Shown here in pieces: positions 24,392 through 35,795 of a DNA stretch of 64,000 nt; positions within the stretch are counted from its first letter, which is position 1, and every line of letters starts with the position of its first letter. The translations under genes were made by a program, and so were the position numbers. This DNA comes from Flectonema sp. DT1601 (Eukaryota): the NCBI GenBank assembly GCA_964019425.1, contig OZ025792.1:1178001-1242000 (forward strand), read 5' to 3'. The notes beneath the pieces were generated by a model. The model had not been told where the DNA came from, ran no database searches, and saw only the letters and a program-made list of their open reading frames with translations.

Positions 24392-24576
24392 TCTCGATAA
24401 ACGATAACAATGAGCTGCTGAAACATTGTTTCGGTTGGGCGTTAAAACGAAGTAAAAAGTATTCATTAGCTGCTTGTTTCATGAGGGACCATCAAATTCA
24501 ACTCAGCGATGCAATACTGAAAGTAATTTAGTGGTAGAACAGCAACTTACACTAACCTGATAGTCTGATAACTTCC

Positions 24577-27573
24577 TCATATTCTGTAGGAAGCCGTACT
24601 AATTATCCGACTGTTTGATAATTCTGAAGGTGTTTCTGTAGACGCTCGTAAAGTCATAAAGGAAGTCGGGCTCGACCTGCTCTGTTCCAACGAACTGAGA
24701 CTTACTAACAACTGCTGCATTGACACTCCGAGTTCGATGTTTGAATCCTCAGCGATGTCCCTCTCAAGCTTCAATTCCCTGACGGCATAAAACACGTCGA
24801 GAATGTAACAAACGATGTCGTAGAGAGCCCTCACAACGCAAAGAATCAACAACATCGGCGCCAACACCAGCTCCCCTCCAAATCCAGCGAGAGAACATGC
24901 GGTCAGAGTGCAGGTTGACAAACACGTAGCAACAGACAGCTGAGCTAGGAAGTTCGAGCTGTAGATCCAACACTTTGAAATCATCGCAACCTGCAAAGCG
25001 TTCACAACAAACAATACCCATCCTCTTACACTACAACTTTCAATAAATAATACCAAAACAACAGGAATAGTCATCCAGAACTCAAGAAGGAAATAGTGTC
25101 CTCTGACCCATTTCTGCTCCGTGTGAGCATCAAATACCATCCCGTTTGACTCCACGTACGAATCGTTGATGTCTGTGGATTCCCACGCAGCCTCCCCCAA
25201 GAAGTAAATAAATAATTTACTCTTCGGAACTGTTCCTTTGATAAACTGACACTTCGATGAGTCAAGTTTGAATAACCAAACTACAACACCAGTAATCCCT
25301 ATCGAGCAGCAGACTCCTAAAACCGCAATGCCAGGCAGCTTTCCTTCCTTGAGCAGCAGGACGCTACAAGTCGCGACGTTTACGACACACATGAGCAACG
25401 GAGGAATGACAGCAGACGGATATCTCAGCTTCCGTGCTACTGATTTCCGTTGAGACGCACCCGTGTAAGCCTCAACTATAAAGTGAAGTCCCAAATGAAT
25501 GAGCACAACACTAAAACAAATCACAACACCGCCAACTACGGCTCCCGCCCAATACGAACCGGCAACCGGAAACCTAAGGGGGTGGATGAAAACGTCTAAC
25601 TCCTCGTTGTCAGTTTCAACGAAACACGTAATTCTTCTCACAGTATGAGCGATAGCTACTGCGTTAGTTCCTGACGTGGTCATAGCCCCAGCCGCCATTG
25701 CTATACTTGATGATGCAGTAACAACACTGCTTCTGGCAATCGGGTCCTTCCTTTGAACAGGGGGAATCACTTCACTTTCAATTTTTCCAGGTGGTGACTT
25801 CGTTGACGGAACTACAGTTAGAATGGCAGTTGTGGCACCGCTCGTCCGAACAGAAGTTGCAACTAACGTCGGGACTGCAGTGGGAACAACAGTTGTCGGG
25901 CCTATGATCGGAACCGCCATTGGATTTGCAGTCGGAACTGCGGAAGGCATAGTTGTAGAATTCGCGGTCGGGACCGCCGTGGGAACAGTCGTAGGCACAA
26001 CAGTGAGAACAAGTGCCGGAACAGCAGTAGTGATCGCTGTGGGAACAAGTGTTGGCAATGTCGTTGGCACCGCAGTCGGAACAGAAGTTGGCATGTCAGT
26101 AATGGCTGTTGGTGCTGCAGTTGGTATGGCTGTAGGAATGGCTGTTGGTACTGCTGTAGGCACGGCTGTTGGAATGGATGTTGGTATGGCAGTAGGAATG
26201 GCTGTTGGAATGGATGTTGGTGCTGCAGTTGGTATGGCTGTAGGAATGGCTGTTGGTGCTGCAGTTGGCATGTCAGTAATGGCTGTTGGTGCTGCAGTTG
26301 GTATGGCTGTAGGAATGGCTGTTGGTACTGCTGTAGGCACGGCTGTTGGAATGGATGTTGGTATGGCAGTAGGAATGGCTGTTGGAATGGATGTTGGTGC
26401 TGCAGTTGGTATGGCTGTAGGAATGGCTGTTGGTACTGCTGTCGGAACGGATGTTGGTACTGCTGTAGGCACGGCTGTTGGAATGGATGTTGGTATGGCA
26501 GTAGGAATGGCTGTTGGTGCTGCCGTAGGCACGGCTGTCGGAACGGATGTTGGTACTGCAGTTAGTATGGAAGTAGGAACGGCCGTTGGTACTTCCGTGG
26601 GTACTACTGTCGGAATGGCTGTTGGAACAGGTGTTATTCTTCCGTAAAGCTTACACCTACCAGTTAATTTATTGAGAGTGTAAATAAAGTCTGACACTGC
26701 AATAATTTCATCACCATTATGCGCTACGGTATCGACAATTCCACCGTCGAAGACTGCAAGACTGGGACCGATACCGTAAGCTACTCCTGGAGTGTCTCCA
26801 TGTTGACAGGCCACGTCTAACATATTACCAGGGTTAGTTATTACACGGGCGGGTAGTAAATAAACTAATCCACCGAAGAAAGTATTGTCTCCCACGGCAA
26901 AGACATATCCGTTGCAGGCAACAATGCGTGCGAGTTTGTTCGTGTCGGAGAAAAATGTCGCCGAAGAGAATTTAGTGATTAGTGAACTGACACTTGGAGT
27001 ACTGGTTGCGTAGTCACCGAGGAAAAATATCATCCCAGAGGACTTGTCTACGGTAATCGATCCGATGTCTCTATATCTTAAGAAGCTTCCTGAGCTGTCT
27101 ACAGTTCCCATGGCAATGTTTGCCATTTCGAAGTATATTATCCCTTCGTTTTGACATGCGCCATAGATAGTAGTTCCCTTAGCAGCGAGTTCAAGACAAC
27201 TTCCAGTGTATGGAAATACCATCGCATACGCAGTGTCAATTGCACCACCACCAAGAATAGGAATTACATGTAGCTTACCAGGTTCAGCGGCAACCAAATA
27301 AGGTGTTCCTCCGATAGTTATTGAAGTAGCAGTAATAATGTTTGAAGTGTAACTCTCTGTTGACACAGATGAGCACTGAGTAGTTTCAGGATCAAACTGC
27401 CTGATCTGAGTACCAGAAATTGAGTACATCCACTTGTCATAAACAGCCATTGTTCCTAATGTAGGAGTGTATCCAACACTATCAAGCATTGCTGTTTTGT
27501 AGCATGTTGCTAATTGCACCACAGTCAGAAGGATGAAAAACGTCCCCACATGCCTGAAGGTACTTGCCGCCAT
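24577..27573 (-). CDS. Surface receptor/adhesin B2 (type-B C-terminus)
   Basis: 1014-aa ORF; C-terminus almost identical to B1; stalk has a 180-bp internal duplication (PTAAPTAITDMPT twice). Confidence 0.85.
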   Translation of the reverse strand: MAASTFRHVGTFFILLTVVQLATCYKTAMLDSVGYTPTLGTMAVYDKWMYSISGTQIRQFDPETTQCSSVSTESYTSNIITATSITIGGTPYLVAAEPGKLHVIPILGGGAIDTAYAMVFPYTGSCLELAAKGTTIYGACQNEGIIYFEMANIAMGTVDSSGSFLRYRDIGSITVDKSSGMIFFLGDYATSTPSVSSLITKFSSATFFSDTNKLARIVACNGYVFAVGDNTFFGGLVYLLPARVITNPGNMLDVACQHGDTPGVAYGIGPSLAVFDGGIVDTVAHNGDEIIAVSDFIYTLNKLTGRCKLYGRITPVPTAIPTVVPTEVPTAVPTSILTAVPTSVPTAVPTAAPTAIPTAIPTSIPTAVPTAVPTSVPTAVPTAIPTAIPTAAPTSIPTAIPTAIPTSIPTAVPTAVPTAIPTAIPTAAPTAITDMPTAAPTAIPTAIPTAAPTSIPTAIPTAIPTSIPTAVPTAVPTAIPTAIPTAAPTAITDMPTSVPTAVPTTLPTLVPTAITTAVPALVLTVVPTTVPTAVPTANSTTMPSAVPTANPMAVPIIGPTTVVPTAVPTLVATSVRTSGATTAILTVVPSTKSPPGKIESEVIPPVQRKDPIARSSVVTASSSIAMAAGAMTTSGTNAVAIAHTVRRITCFVETDNEELDVFIHPLRFPVAGSYWAGAVVGGVVICFSVVLIHLGLHFIVEAYTGASQRKSVARKLRYPSAVIPPLLMCVVNVATCSVLLLKEGKLPGIAVLGVCCSIGITGVVVWLFKLDSSKCQFIKGTVPKSKLFIYFLGEAAWESTDINDSYVESNGMVFDAHTEQKWVRGHYFLLEFWMTIPVVLVLFIESCSVRGWVLFVVNALQVAMISKCWIYSSNFLAQLSVATCLSTCTLTACSLAGFGGELVLAPMLLILCVVRALYDIVCYILDVFYAVRELKLERDIAEDSNIELGVSMQQLLVSLSSLEQSRSSPTSFMTLRASTETPSELSNSRIISTASYRI

Positions 27574-27784
27574 ACTGTGTGGGTGGCTGTGAGTGAAGAA
27601 CATGTAAAATATAATACTCAAATTACTTCGTCAATCAATTCTACTCTGATGAGGGGCATCTTGTCAATTGAAACTTCTGCATGATTGTGATAACTGATGC
27701 AAAGATGAGAATAAGAGTAAAATAATTTCATTACCTTGTCTTCAACAGAGTTAGAAAGATTGGGTGTAGACTCCCAATAACCAC

Positions 27785-27960
27785 TAGTGTGATGATTTTG
27801 AGATGTCGGTGGTTGCCGTTTTCAGGAGTTCCTTCTTAGGTTCCGGAGGAGTGACCTCCGTCGTAGACGACCCCTTTTCCGGTTCCCACACTACTGCGTG
27901 ACCTGCCACAAGCAGGTATATGCCCATTATTACAACAATCAATATTCTGTAGTTAGTCAT
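27785..27960 (-). pseudogene. 5' stub of the 534-aa gene (K2) left by a ~1580-bp deletion
   Basis: Matches 17077-17252 and is joined directly to sequence equivalent to ~15497. Confidence 0.85.
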
Positions 27961-30808
27961 CTGATTGTATTCAGGGCTGGTGAATGTAATTTTATAACTT
28001 CACATGACACACGATCAAGATCTTCGTCCTTACCAGTTGTCTCTCTCTCTCTTGTACTCTTGTCTCAACAGTCAGGGAATTAAGACTCAGGTGGGGACAA
28101 ATAGAGAAAGAATATCTATCATGAGTGTTAGAATAACTCACGACAACAAACGGAAACAATCTCCTTCTGATACTCAACAATGGATTGTGAAATAGCTTCA
28201 ACTGAATGAATGTAATAAACTTTCAAATGAGGGAGAAAGTTTTCTTCATGAAATAATCACACGAGAGGATCAATAGAAAATAAAGAACCGTAACAGGACT
28301 CGTCCCCATTCATCCCTAATTTGAGAATGTTTACAAAACATATAAATATGTGAATTGTATCAAAGATAACTAATATAAACACTAACAATTTATGCATAAA
28401 TACTTTGTTAGGTTTATCAGAGAGGGTTAACTATTGATATTACCTATGTATTGTATCAAATGTTAACTGTTATTTATTTATCGCAGTCAAGGGAATAAAC
28501 TTGGGATCAGACAGGGGAGTAACTTAGATATAAAAATCAAAGTTATGGAGAGTTGAGATGGATGGGATTTCACACATAAAAAATCTTTATTTATGAGATA
28601 ATTTCATGTGTTAAATTGCCGCAAAAAAATGACGCAAAAAAAATGGCAGGGAAAAAAAAAAGAAAATAAAATATGACAGAATTAGAACTTTTCAAGTAAA
28701 GATTAGGAAATAGTAACAAAATTATTTTCTTTTTTTTTTTAATTTCAAGAAAAATTGAAGAAAAAAAAAAGAATTATGCTTTTGTTGTCTGATTTTTTTT
28801 TTTTATCAAGCCGTCAAATCCTCGAGAATATTTCATCACGAGAACAAGTCCTCACAGATCCAGTAAAAGAAGAAGAATCGTAAGTTGCAGCTTTCAACGT
28901 TGTGAAACTAAAAATACAATAAAAAGACAAGATAAAGACAACGCAAAGTCACTGGAAAGGTTGAAGAACGTTATCAAAAAAAGAGAGTTTCAACCTCTCT
29001 GTGGTACTTCACAAAAAGAACAAAAAATCACTGCGCAAGTAAAATAATAACAAACAGGAACATAGAGTAAGCAATGCAACGCGACATCGCGATTTCATTT
29101 ATTGAGCTTCAATGGTTGAATTACGATTTTACACTCTCTGAAGAAACGTTCACAAGTTTATAAAAAGGCAAAGAAGAGAGAAGACAAGAGAAGAGACACA
29201 AAGAAAGGATCGAGCGATCGTTTCTTTAGCACTCTATGTTGATAACTAAAAGCGGGACAGGCTCAACGTAAACAGCAGGAAGACAGAAGTGAACATTCAC
29301 AACATGCGAATCACATTCTGAAGATAATAATGCCGAGGAAATGAACCTTATTAAGACCCAGGTAAGAATCGGTGATTAAGATAATCAAAAGAAAGATTGA
29401 AGTGAGGATGATTAACAGGAAGGAACAACAAAGAATTCATTGAACTGAAACAGTTGACCTGTCGTCATCCTTGGATAAGTAAATAAAAATAAAGATAAAG
29501 CCAACTCACTCAAGGCAGAGATAAGGAATCGCTAAACGCAGACAACAAAGTCTTGGAATCAACAAGAATGCAAGATAATATAAAATAGAAAAAGGGGAAA
29601 GGAAAATGAAACTTTTTGACACGCAACTGATCGCATTCCAATCTTGTTCTCGCTCTTACGCGTGCTGAAGGCGCACACAGTCCCCTTAAGAAGGGCGGCA
29701 CTGTTTTAGAAAAAGGACGTAGAACGCCTAAGACTTAAGCGACGAGCGTCTACTAAGAACATGCTAAACTACGGATCACTTATTTCTCTACAACTAAATT
29801 GGTTAAACTCTACAAGTCGATTATTAAAAAATAAATAAGAATTCGTACACCCGTTATCTGGTTACTAATAACTTGCATGATTTGTTCCTATTTTGTTCCT
29901 TTTATTGTTGCTAAAATAACTAAATCATTGCGAAAATGAAATCCTTCAGGGGATAGTTGTTAGACTTTGTAAAAACTTCTGTGGTTAATTGCATTTTTTT
30001 CGAGGCTCAATATATATATCAGTCAAAATTATTTTTTGCGACCAAATTCTGGAATGAAAAATTGGGAGGTTGGCATCACATACTTGTCACCCAAATCGAG
30101 AAGAGATTTTGTGGTTTACCGAATCTGGAATATGGACAAGTACTAAAACTTAAATTTGGTCTACTTTGACACTTGCTGGTCCAGCGGGATCCAGAGAAAA
30201 GAAAACCGAGCAAATATATATTGGCAGGTTGTACTACTTGTCCTTTTGTACTTACTTTGAGCCATTCGCTGATATCCTGAGTGAGGCTCTGGATTCTGCT
30301 ACGAAGAACCGGGTTGGTTAGTTAGTTCGTAGTGCACATCTCTTGAGGGCAAGGGGGAAGTGGGAAGGGGGAAGGGGGAAAAAAGCAAAAAAAAGTAAAA
30401 TTAGTGGTGTTTTTTACTCAGATTTTCTTGATCTTTCCATTGCAGATCTGGGATTTATATTAATCGTTGAGTACTACCAAGGAAATCTTGCAAAGAGACG
30501 TTTATCTCCTTTTAGCAGCACTAACTATGTTTTAAAGTACATCCCTATCCCTCCCCGATTCCAAAAGAAAATTGTATTGTGTAACCGTGCTCAGGCAGTG
30601 AGAAAATGGTGCTTTTTGGTCGCAAAGAATAATTTTGACTGATATATTTACCACTGTGCAGTACGTAATTTCATGTCTTAATCTTGCACTACTTGTACCC
30701 TCCCTCAGATTTATTTAATAATCATATTTGAGAGGTAATACAACAAGATAAGAAGAACAACAGTATACAGCAGGCAGGTAGTGTACTAAATCACTGTTGA
30801 TGAAATAA

Positions 30809-33430
30809 CTAAAATTCATCCATCTTTGAACTTCTGCTATCCCCATCCAGGAATTCTTGTCTCATTAAAGAAAGCTCTAAAGAAGTTTCCCCTGTTGGTA
30901 AATTCCTCATCGTCAACAACGAACCAGAATTCGATGTCCTTGAAAACGAAGCCAACGGATGCATCGATGGCAACGGCGACAACGCATCACTCATCGACAA
31001 TCCCAAACTCGATCTCATCGGCAATGACTCGCTTACTACAGAAGTCTCATCAAGCTTCTTATTCTTTTCCCAATGTCTTTGTTGTACTCGAGTTCGAATA
31101 CCCTTGCACAGAATGTATCCTTCAACAAGAACATCAATTCCTGACTTAACTATTAAAACCATTACCGAAGCAAATAGCAAAGCAGAAGCAATTTGGAAAC
31201 CGTAGTGTCCGGTGTTCTCTTCGTAGTAACCTGCTGCCATGAAGAAAAGAGCAGCTGCCTGGAGACCGAGGAGGACGAAGTCAAAGGCGCTGTCACGTGC
31301 TCGACAGTGCGGCCACAGAATTGCTACGAGTACAAGGAGAATCAGAAAGAGAAACCCTTCAAAAAGTTTCTTGTGTCCGCACTGAATTAAAGTGCTGGTA
31401 TTGAGAGACTCCACAGCACTGATCGCAAGCATCGAAGCAAACTCCACAATACTAAACCAAACTACTTCCTGACGAAATGATCCAATCACTGTTCTGTAAC
31501 GATTCACCCAATGAAGCTCAACATGATTGCTGACCCATTCTCCAGGTCCCATCAACAGTCGCTTCAATCCATAACGAGCATCGTCAGCGTACACTGCCTG
31601 ACTAGGAACTCCCTTCCTGCATTCTCTAAAGATAAATATTGGAACAGCAACACAACCACAACACGTTACCAATCCTATTATAAAGTGAAATGGCGTATTC
31701 GGGTAGCTCACAAGAGACATCCCACCTTGTGTCGTACCTTGGTATAAGAATTGGAAGACGAACAACGGAGCCGAAGGAAATCTCAGTAATCCCTGAGTGT
31801 CCAAACCATTGAACAACTTTGGGGCACAACTCGTACCTCCCCGTTCTGCTATCTTCAACATGAAGAAACACAATACTGCAAACCCGAATGATATCATCAC
31901 ATTCCCAGCCACCATTCCAAGCACATAACTGTCTCCGATTTTCCACTGTGTCGGGTGTAGAGGTAGAGGGTACTCCCTCGATGAATTATTCTCATTTCCA
32001 ATACGACAGCTTCCAGATATCGCAACCAACCGCAAGGCTGGTCCCGCTGATGCACCGGCTCCCAAAGCAGAAGCCGCCGCAGCTGCCGAACCCACCTTTT
32101 CAACGGTCTCGGTCGTCTTCTTGTCGATCACTGGTGGAACTTCTGTTGGAAGTGTGGCAGTCTCAGGCACGCTAGTGGAAGGAACAGGAGTGGGAGGTAA
32201 CGGAGAAGGCATCGGTGTCGGAATTGATGTTGGAGGTAATGTTGGCACAGCGGTTGGAACAACTGTCCCAATCGGTCGGGCTGTAGGAATAGTAGGAACT
32301 GCGGTGGGGACAGTTGTCCCTGGCTGAACTGTGGTTGGTACTGCTGTAGGAATAGCTGGAACAGCTGTCGGTATGGCTGTTGGAACAGTTGTTGGTAATG
32401 CAGTCGGAATGGCAGTAGGAACCACTATTGGTACGGCCGTAGGCACTGCCGTTGGTACTGCCGTCGGTGGTAAAACTTTAGGACCAGATTGTGTTTTTCC
32501 GTAGAGCTTGCAGCTACCAGATGCTTTATTGATGGTGTAAATAAAGTCTGAAATTGCAATAATTTCATCACCATTATGCGCTACGGTATCGACAATTCCA
32601 CCGTCGAAGACCGGAAGACTGGGACCGATACCGTAAGCTACTCCTGGAGTGTCTCCATGTTGACAGGCCACGTCTAACATATTACCAGGGTTAGTTATTA
32701 CACGTCCAGAAAACCGCGCTACAGGCAATCCACCGAAGAAAGTGTTTTCTCCTACGGCAAAGACATATCCGTTGCAGGCAAGAATGCGTTTTAGTTTGTT
32801 CACGTCGCTGAAATATGTCCCAGCAGACCCCTTACTGCTTAGTTTACCGACACTTGGAGTACTGGTTGAGATATCTGTGAGGTAATATATTTTGCCAGTG
32901 GACTCGTCTACGGAAATCGATCCGATGTCGCTGTTTCGTAAGAAGCTTCCTGAGCTGTCTACAGTTCCCATGGCAATGTTTGCCATTTCGAAGTATATTA
33001 TCCCTTTGTTTTGACATGCGCCATAGATAGTAGTTCCCTTAGCGGCGAGTTCAAGACAATTTCCAGAGTATTGAAAATCCATCGCATTCGTAATGTCAAT
33101 TGCACCACCAGCAAGAATAGGAATTACATGTAGCTTACCACGTTCAGCAGCAACCAAATAAGGTGTTCCTCCGATAGTTATTGAAGTAGCAGTAATAATG
33201 TTTGAAGTGTAACTCTCTGTTGACACAGATGAACACTGAGTAGTTTCAGGATCAAGCTGTCTGATCTGAGTACCAGAAAATATGTACATCCACTTGTCAT
33301 AAACAGCCATTGTTTCTAATGTACCGTATCCAACACTATCAATAAAAACTGTTTTGTAGCATGTTGCTAATTGCACCACAGTCAGAAGGATGAAAAACGT
33401 CCCCACATGCCTGAAGGTACTTGCCGCCAT
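30809..33430 (-). CDS. Surface receptor/adhesin A3: B-like/unique ectodomain, shortest stalk, type-A C-terminus
   Basis: 889-aa ORF that begins TVFIDSVGYGTL like B1 and ends LDGDSRSSKMDEF like A2. Confidence 0.85.
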   Translation of the reverse strand: MAASTFRHVGTFFILLTVVQLATCYKTVFIDSVGYGTLETMAVYDKWMYIFSGTQIRQLDPETTQCSSVSTESYTSNIITATSITIGGTPYLVAAERGKLHVIPILAGGAIDITNAMDFQYSGNCLELAAKGTTIYGACQNKGIIYFEMANIAMGTVDSSGSFLRNSDIGSISVDESTGKIYYLTDISTSTPSVGKLSSKGSAGTYFSDVNKLKRILACNGYVFAVGENTFFGGLPVARFSGRVITNPGNMLDVACQHGDTPGVAYGIGPSLPVFDGGIVDTVAHNGDEIIAISDFIYTINKASGSCKLYGKTQSGPKVLPPTAVPTAVPTAVPIVVPTAIPTALPTTVPTAIPTAVPAIPTAVPTTVQPGTTVPTAVPTIPTARPIGTVVPTAVPTLPPTSIPTPMPSPLPPTPVPSTSVPETATLPTEVPPVIDKKTTETVEKVGSAAAAASALGAGASAGPALRLVAISGSCRIGNENNSSREYPLPLHPTQWKIGDSYVLGMVAGNVMISFGFAVLCFFMLKIAERGGTSCAPKLFNGLDTQGLLRFPSAPLFVFQFLYQGTTQGGMSLVSYPNTPFHFIIGLVTCCGCVAVPIFIFRECRKGVPSQAVYADDARYGLKRLLMGPGEWVSNHVELHWVNRYRTVIGSFRQEVVWFSIVEFASMLAISAVESLNTSTLIQCGHKKLFEGFLFLILLVLVAILWPHCRARDSAFDFVLLGLQAAALFFMAAGYYEENTGHYGFQIASALLFASVMVLIVKSGIDVLVEGYILCKGIRTRVQQRHWEKNKKLDETSVVSESLPMRSSLGLSMSDALSPLPSMHPLASFSRTSNSGSLLTMRNLPTGETSLELSLMRQEFLDGDSRSSKMDEF

Positions 33431-33792
33431 ACTGTGTGGGTGGCTGTGAGTGAAGAACATGTAAAACATAATACTCAAATAACTTCGTCAATCAATTCTA
33501 CTCTGATGAGGGGCATCTTGTCGATTGAAACTTCTGCATAATTGTGATAACTGATGCAAAGATGAGAATAAGAGTAAAATAATTTCATTACCTTGTCTTC
33601 AACAGAGTTAGAAAGATTGGGTGTAGACTCCCAATAACCACTACTGGGAATCAGTTGCGTGGTACAAATGAATAATATTAAGAATGTTCTCTCTGTTGAA
33701 TGCGAACTTTGCACAATCCAAGCAAAGGTTAGCAGGACGTACGCTGTTTGTGTGAATGGAAGTGATATCTTTTTGAACAAGAATTCTGCTGA

Positions 33793-35397
33793 TCAGCAGC
33801 TTGTTCGTCTCCAGAGTTCGTCACTGCGGCTTTCCTTGGCCTTCTTTTCCCATTTTTTCCACAGTTTCGTAGCCTTCCCCCAAGAAGAATACTTCTGAAA
33901 CGGACACTGCACAATGGTGGATTTGCGGGGATTGTTTTCAGCAAGGCAAACCTTACATTCCAGACAAGATGAACAAACAGGTTGGTCCCAAACACAAGGA
34001 GGTGAATTAGGACACAGCGGTGCATAAGAACACGTCAGCACACAGCAATGACAAGACTCACACCTCGTTGACATTACTTCCGGGAGACCAGATTTAATAT
34101 CTGGCAGGCACAGGTTGTCTCCCAATAAAGTCACGTAACCGAGAGTTGACTGACCCCAATACGTCTTTGATTCGTCGACGTCTTTTTCGTATCGTAAATC
34201 CACTTTATCAATTCGCATGACAGACCCTCTGCTCCAAATCCAATTGTGAACCATTGGATCGGGGTATCTTGGAGTAGCAAGTTGTTCACCTAAGAAAATA
34301 ACTCTTTGTTCCTCAGTAACTCCGAGAGCTAATATGGTTTCCAAATTGATGTGAGGAATAAACGACATTGGAGGAATCTTACGTGACAGAGCTTGCTTCT
34401 TACTCGTCACCACGAACTCTACTTCATTTGTTTCCGAAGTGAATTTCAATTCAACCGATCTGCCCCATTGAGATTCAGGAGCTACCCAAGTCTTCCGACA
34501 CTTTCTCGATATCGAGAGTAATTTTAATCGAAAAACAGAAGTACCCTTCACGTGATTACGGGCAATCTCCGAAACCATAGCCTCGATTCCAACAAGCTCA
34601 CTCTTGAAGTTGAAATTGCTCCGTGCCTCGACATAAGTTATTCTAGACATCGGTACTATTTTTCTTAGAAGCGACGCCCCCTGCAAGGACTGCCAATCAG
34701 ATAACAGCAGTACATTGTTAAACATGTTGCAAGAACGGAACAGGGGTTCGTATAATGAAGGATTCGAAGGAAGAAAAACTGATAAATACCTCTGAAAGCC
34801 ACGAACCATGTTAGAACCTGATGCTCTTGTTGAAGCAGAAGTCAACGACAAGACAGAACAGTTTTCATGAGATTTAGAATACAGCTGGCCGATAGTCACA
34901 TCATCATTCGGATGACTATTTAAAACCTCAACCATAAAAGGATCTGGATAGTTCTCATCTGTTGGGATCCAGTGTCGCAATATGTTCCAAAGACTCTCAG
35001 TTTCACCCGTAATTCTGCCGTCACCGTCGAGGTCTAATTCTCTTAAAGGTTTTAAGACATCTACGAATGTATTCTTCCATCGTAATACATCTTCTTCAGA
35101 CACCTCTACAGTGTTGTCAGCTGTATTCTGTTCGTCTTTTGATTCAGAAGGCAACACAAAATTTGAATACTTCGTAGGCCTCCCACCAGAAGGTATTTCC
35201 GGTGGTGCTACCAACTGAACATACTGTGATGATTTTGAGATGTCGGTGGTTGCCGTTTTCAGGAGTTCCTTCTTAGGTTCCGGAGGAGTGACCTCCGTCG
35301 TAGACGACCCCTTTTCCGGTTCCCACACTACTGCGTGACCTGCCACAAGCAGGTATATGCCCATTATTACAACAATCAATATTCTGTAGTTAGTCAT
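33793..35397 (-). CDS. 534-aa secreted EF-hand/kinase-like protein (K3)
   Basis: Three amino-acid differences from K1 are visible in the translations. Confidence 0.8.
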   Translation of the reverse strand: MTNYRILIVVIMGIYLLVAGHAVVWEPEKGSSTTEVTPPEPKKELLKTATTDISKSSQYVQLVAPPEIPSGGRPTKYSNFVLPSESKDEQNTADNTVEVSEEDVLRWKNTFVDVLKPLRELDLDGDGRITGETESLWNILRHWIPTDENYPDPFMVEVLNSHPNDDVTIGQLYSKSHENCSVLSLTSASTRASGSNMVRGFQRYLSVFLPSNPSLYEPLFRSCNMFNNVLLLSDWQSLQGASLLRKIVPMSRITYVEARSNFNFKSELVGIEAMVSEIARNHVKGTSVFRLKLLSISRKCRKTWVAPESQWGRSVELKFTSETNEVEFVVTSKKQALSRKIPPMSFIPHINLETILALGVTEEQRVIFLGEQLATPRYPDPMVHNWIWSRGSVMRIDKVDLRYEKDVDESKTYWGQSTLGYVTLLGDNLCLPDIKSGLPEVMSTRCESCHCCVLTCSYAPLCPNSPPCVWDQPVCSSCLECKVCLAENNPRKSTIVQCPFQKYSSWGKATKLWKKWEKKAKESRSDELWRRTSC

Positions 35398-35795
35398 CTG
35401 ATTGTATTCAGGGCTGGTGAATGTAATTTTATAACTTCACATGACACACGATCAAGATCTTCGTCACTACCGGTTGTCTCTCTCTCTTGTACTCTTGTCT
35501 CAACATTCACAACAGTCAGGGAATTAAGACTCAGGTGGGGACAAATAGAGAAAGAATATCTCTTACCTTAATAATTAGAATGGTATTAAGAAGATGAATA
35601 AAAATAAGAAATAAGAACTGGTGCGACTGATTGCAACAGAACCCTTAGCGAGGTCGTATTATAAAATTAAATTAACAAATTAGAATGAGAAGGTAAATAC
35701 TTTCATTAAATAAGTGCAATGAGCTGCTGACTTTTTTTTTGCTGGAAGTCACTAAAAGAAATAGGCAGGCGGCAAATATATCACAGTGGTCGATG

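Larger units (their letters stand above)
20050..30808. repeat. Second unit of a tandem segmental duplication (unit 1 ~7330-20050; partial unit 3 ~30730-35560)
   Basis: Spacers 10632-12360 and 22850-24576 are nearly identical, as are 17253-20113 and 27961-30808 apart from indels. Confidence 0.9.

Noticed and set aside
30661..30708. 44-bp indel between units resembling a plus-strand GT..AG intron
   Set aside because: Unit 1 retains GT and AG, so this is not precise intron loss; it is also intergenic and antisense to the genes.
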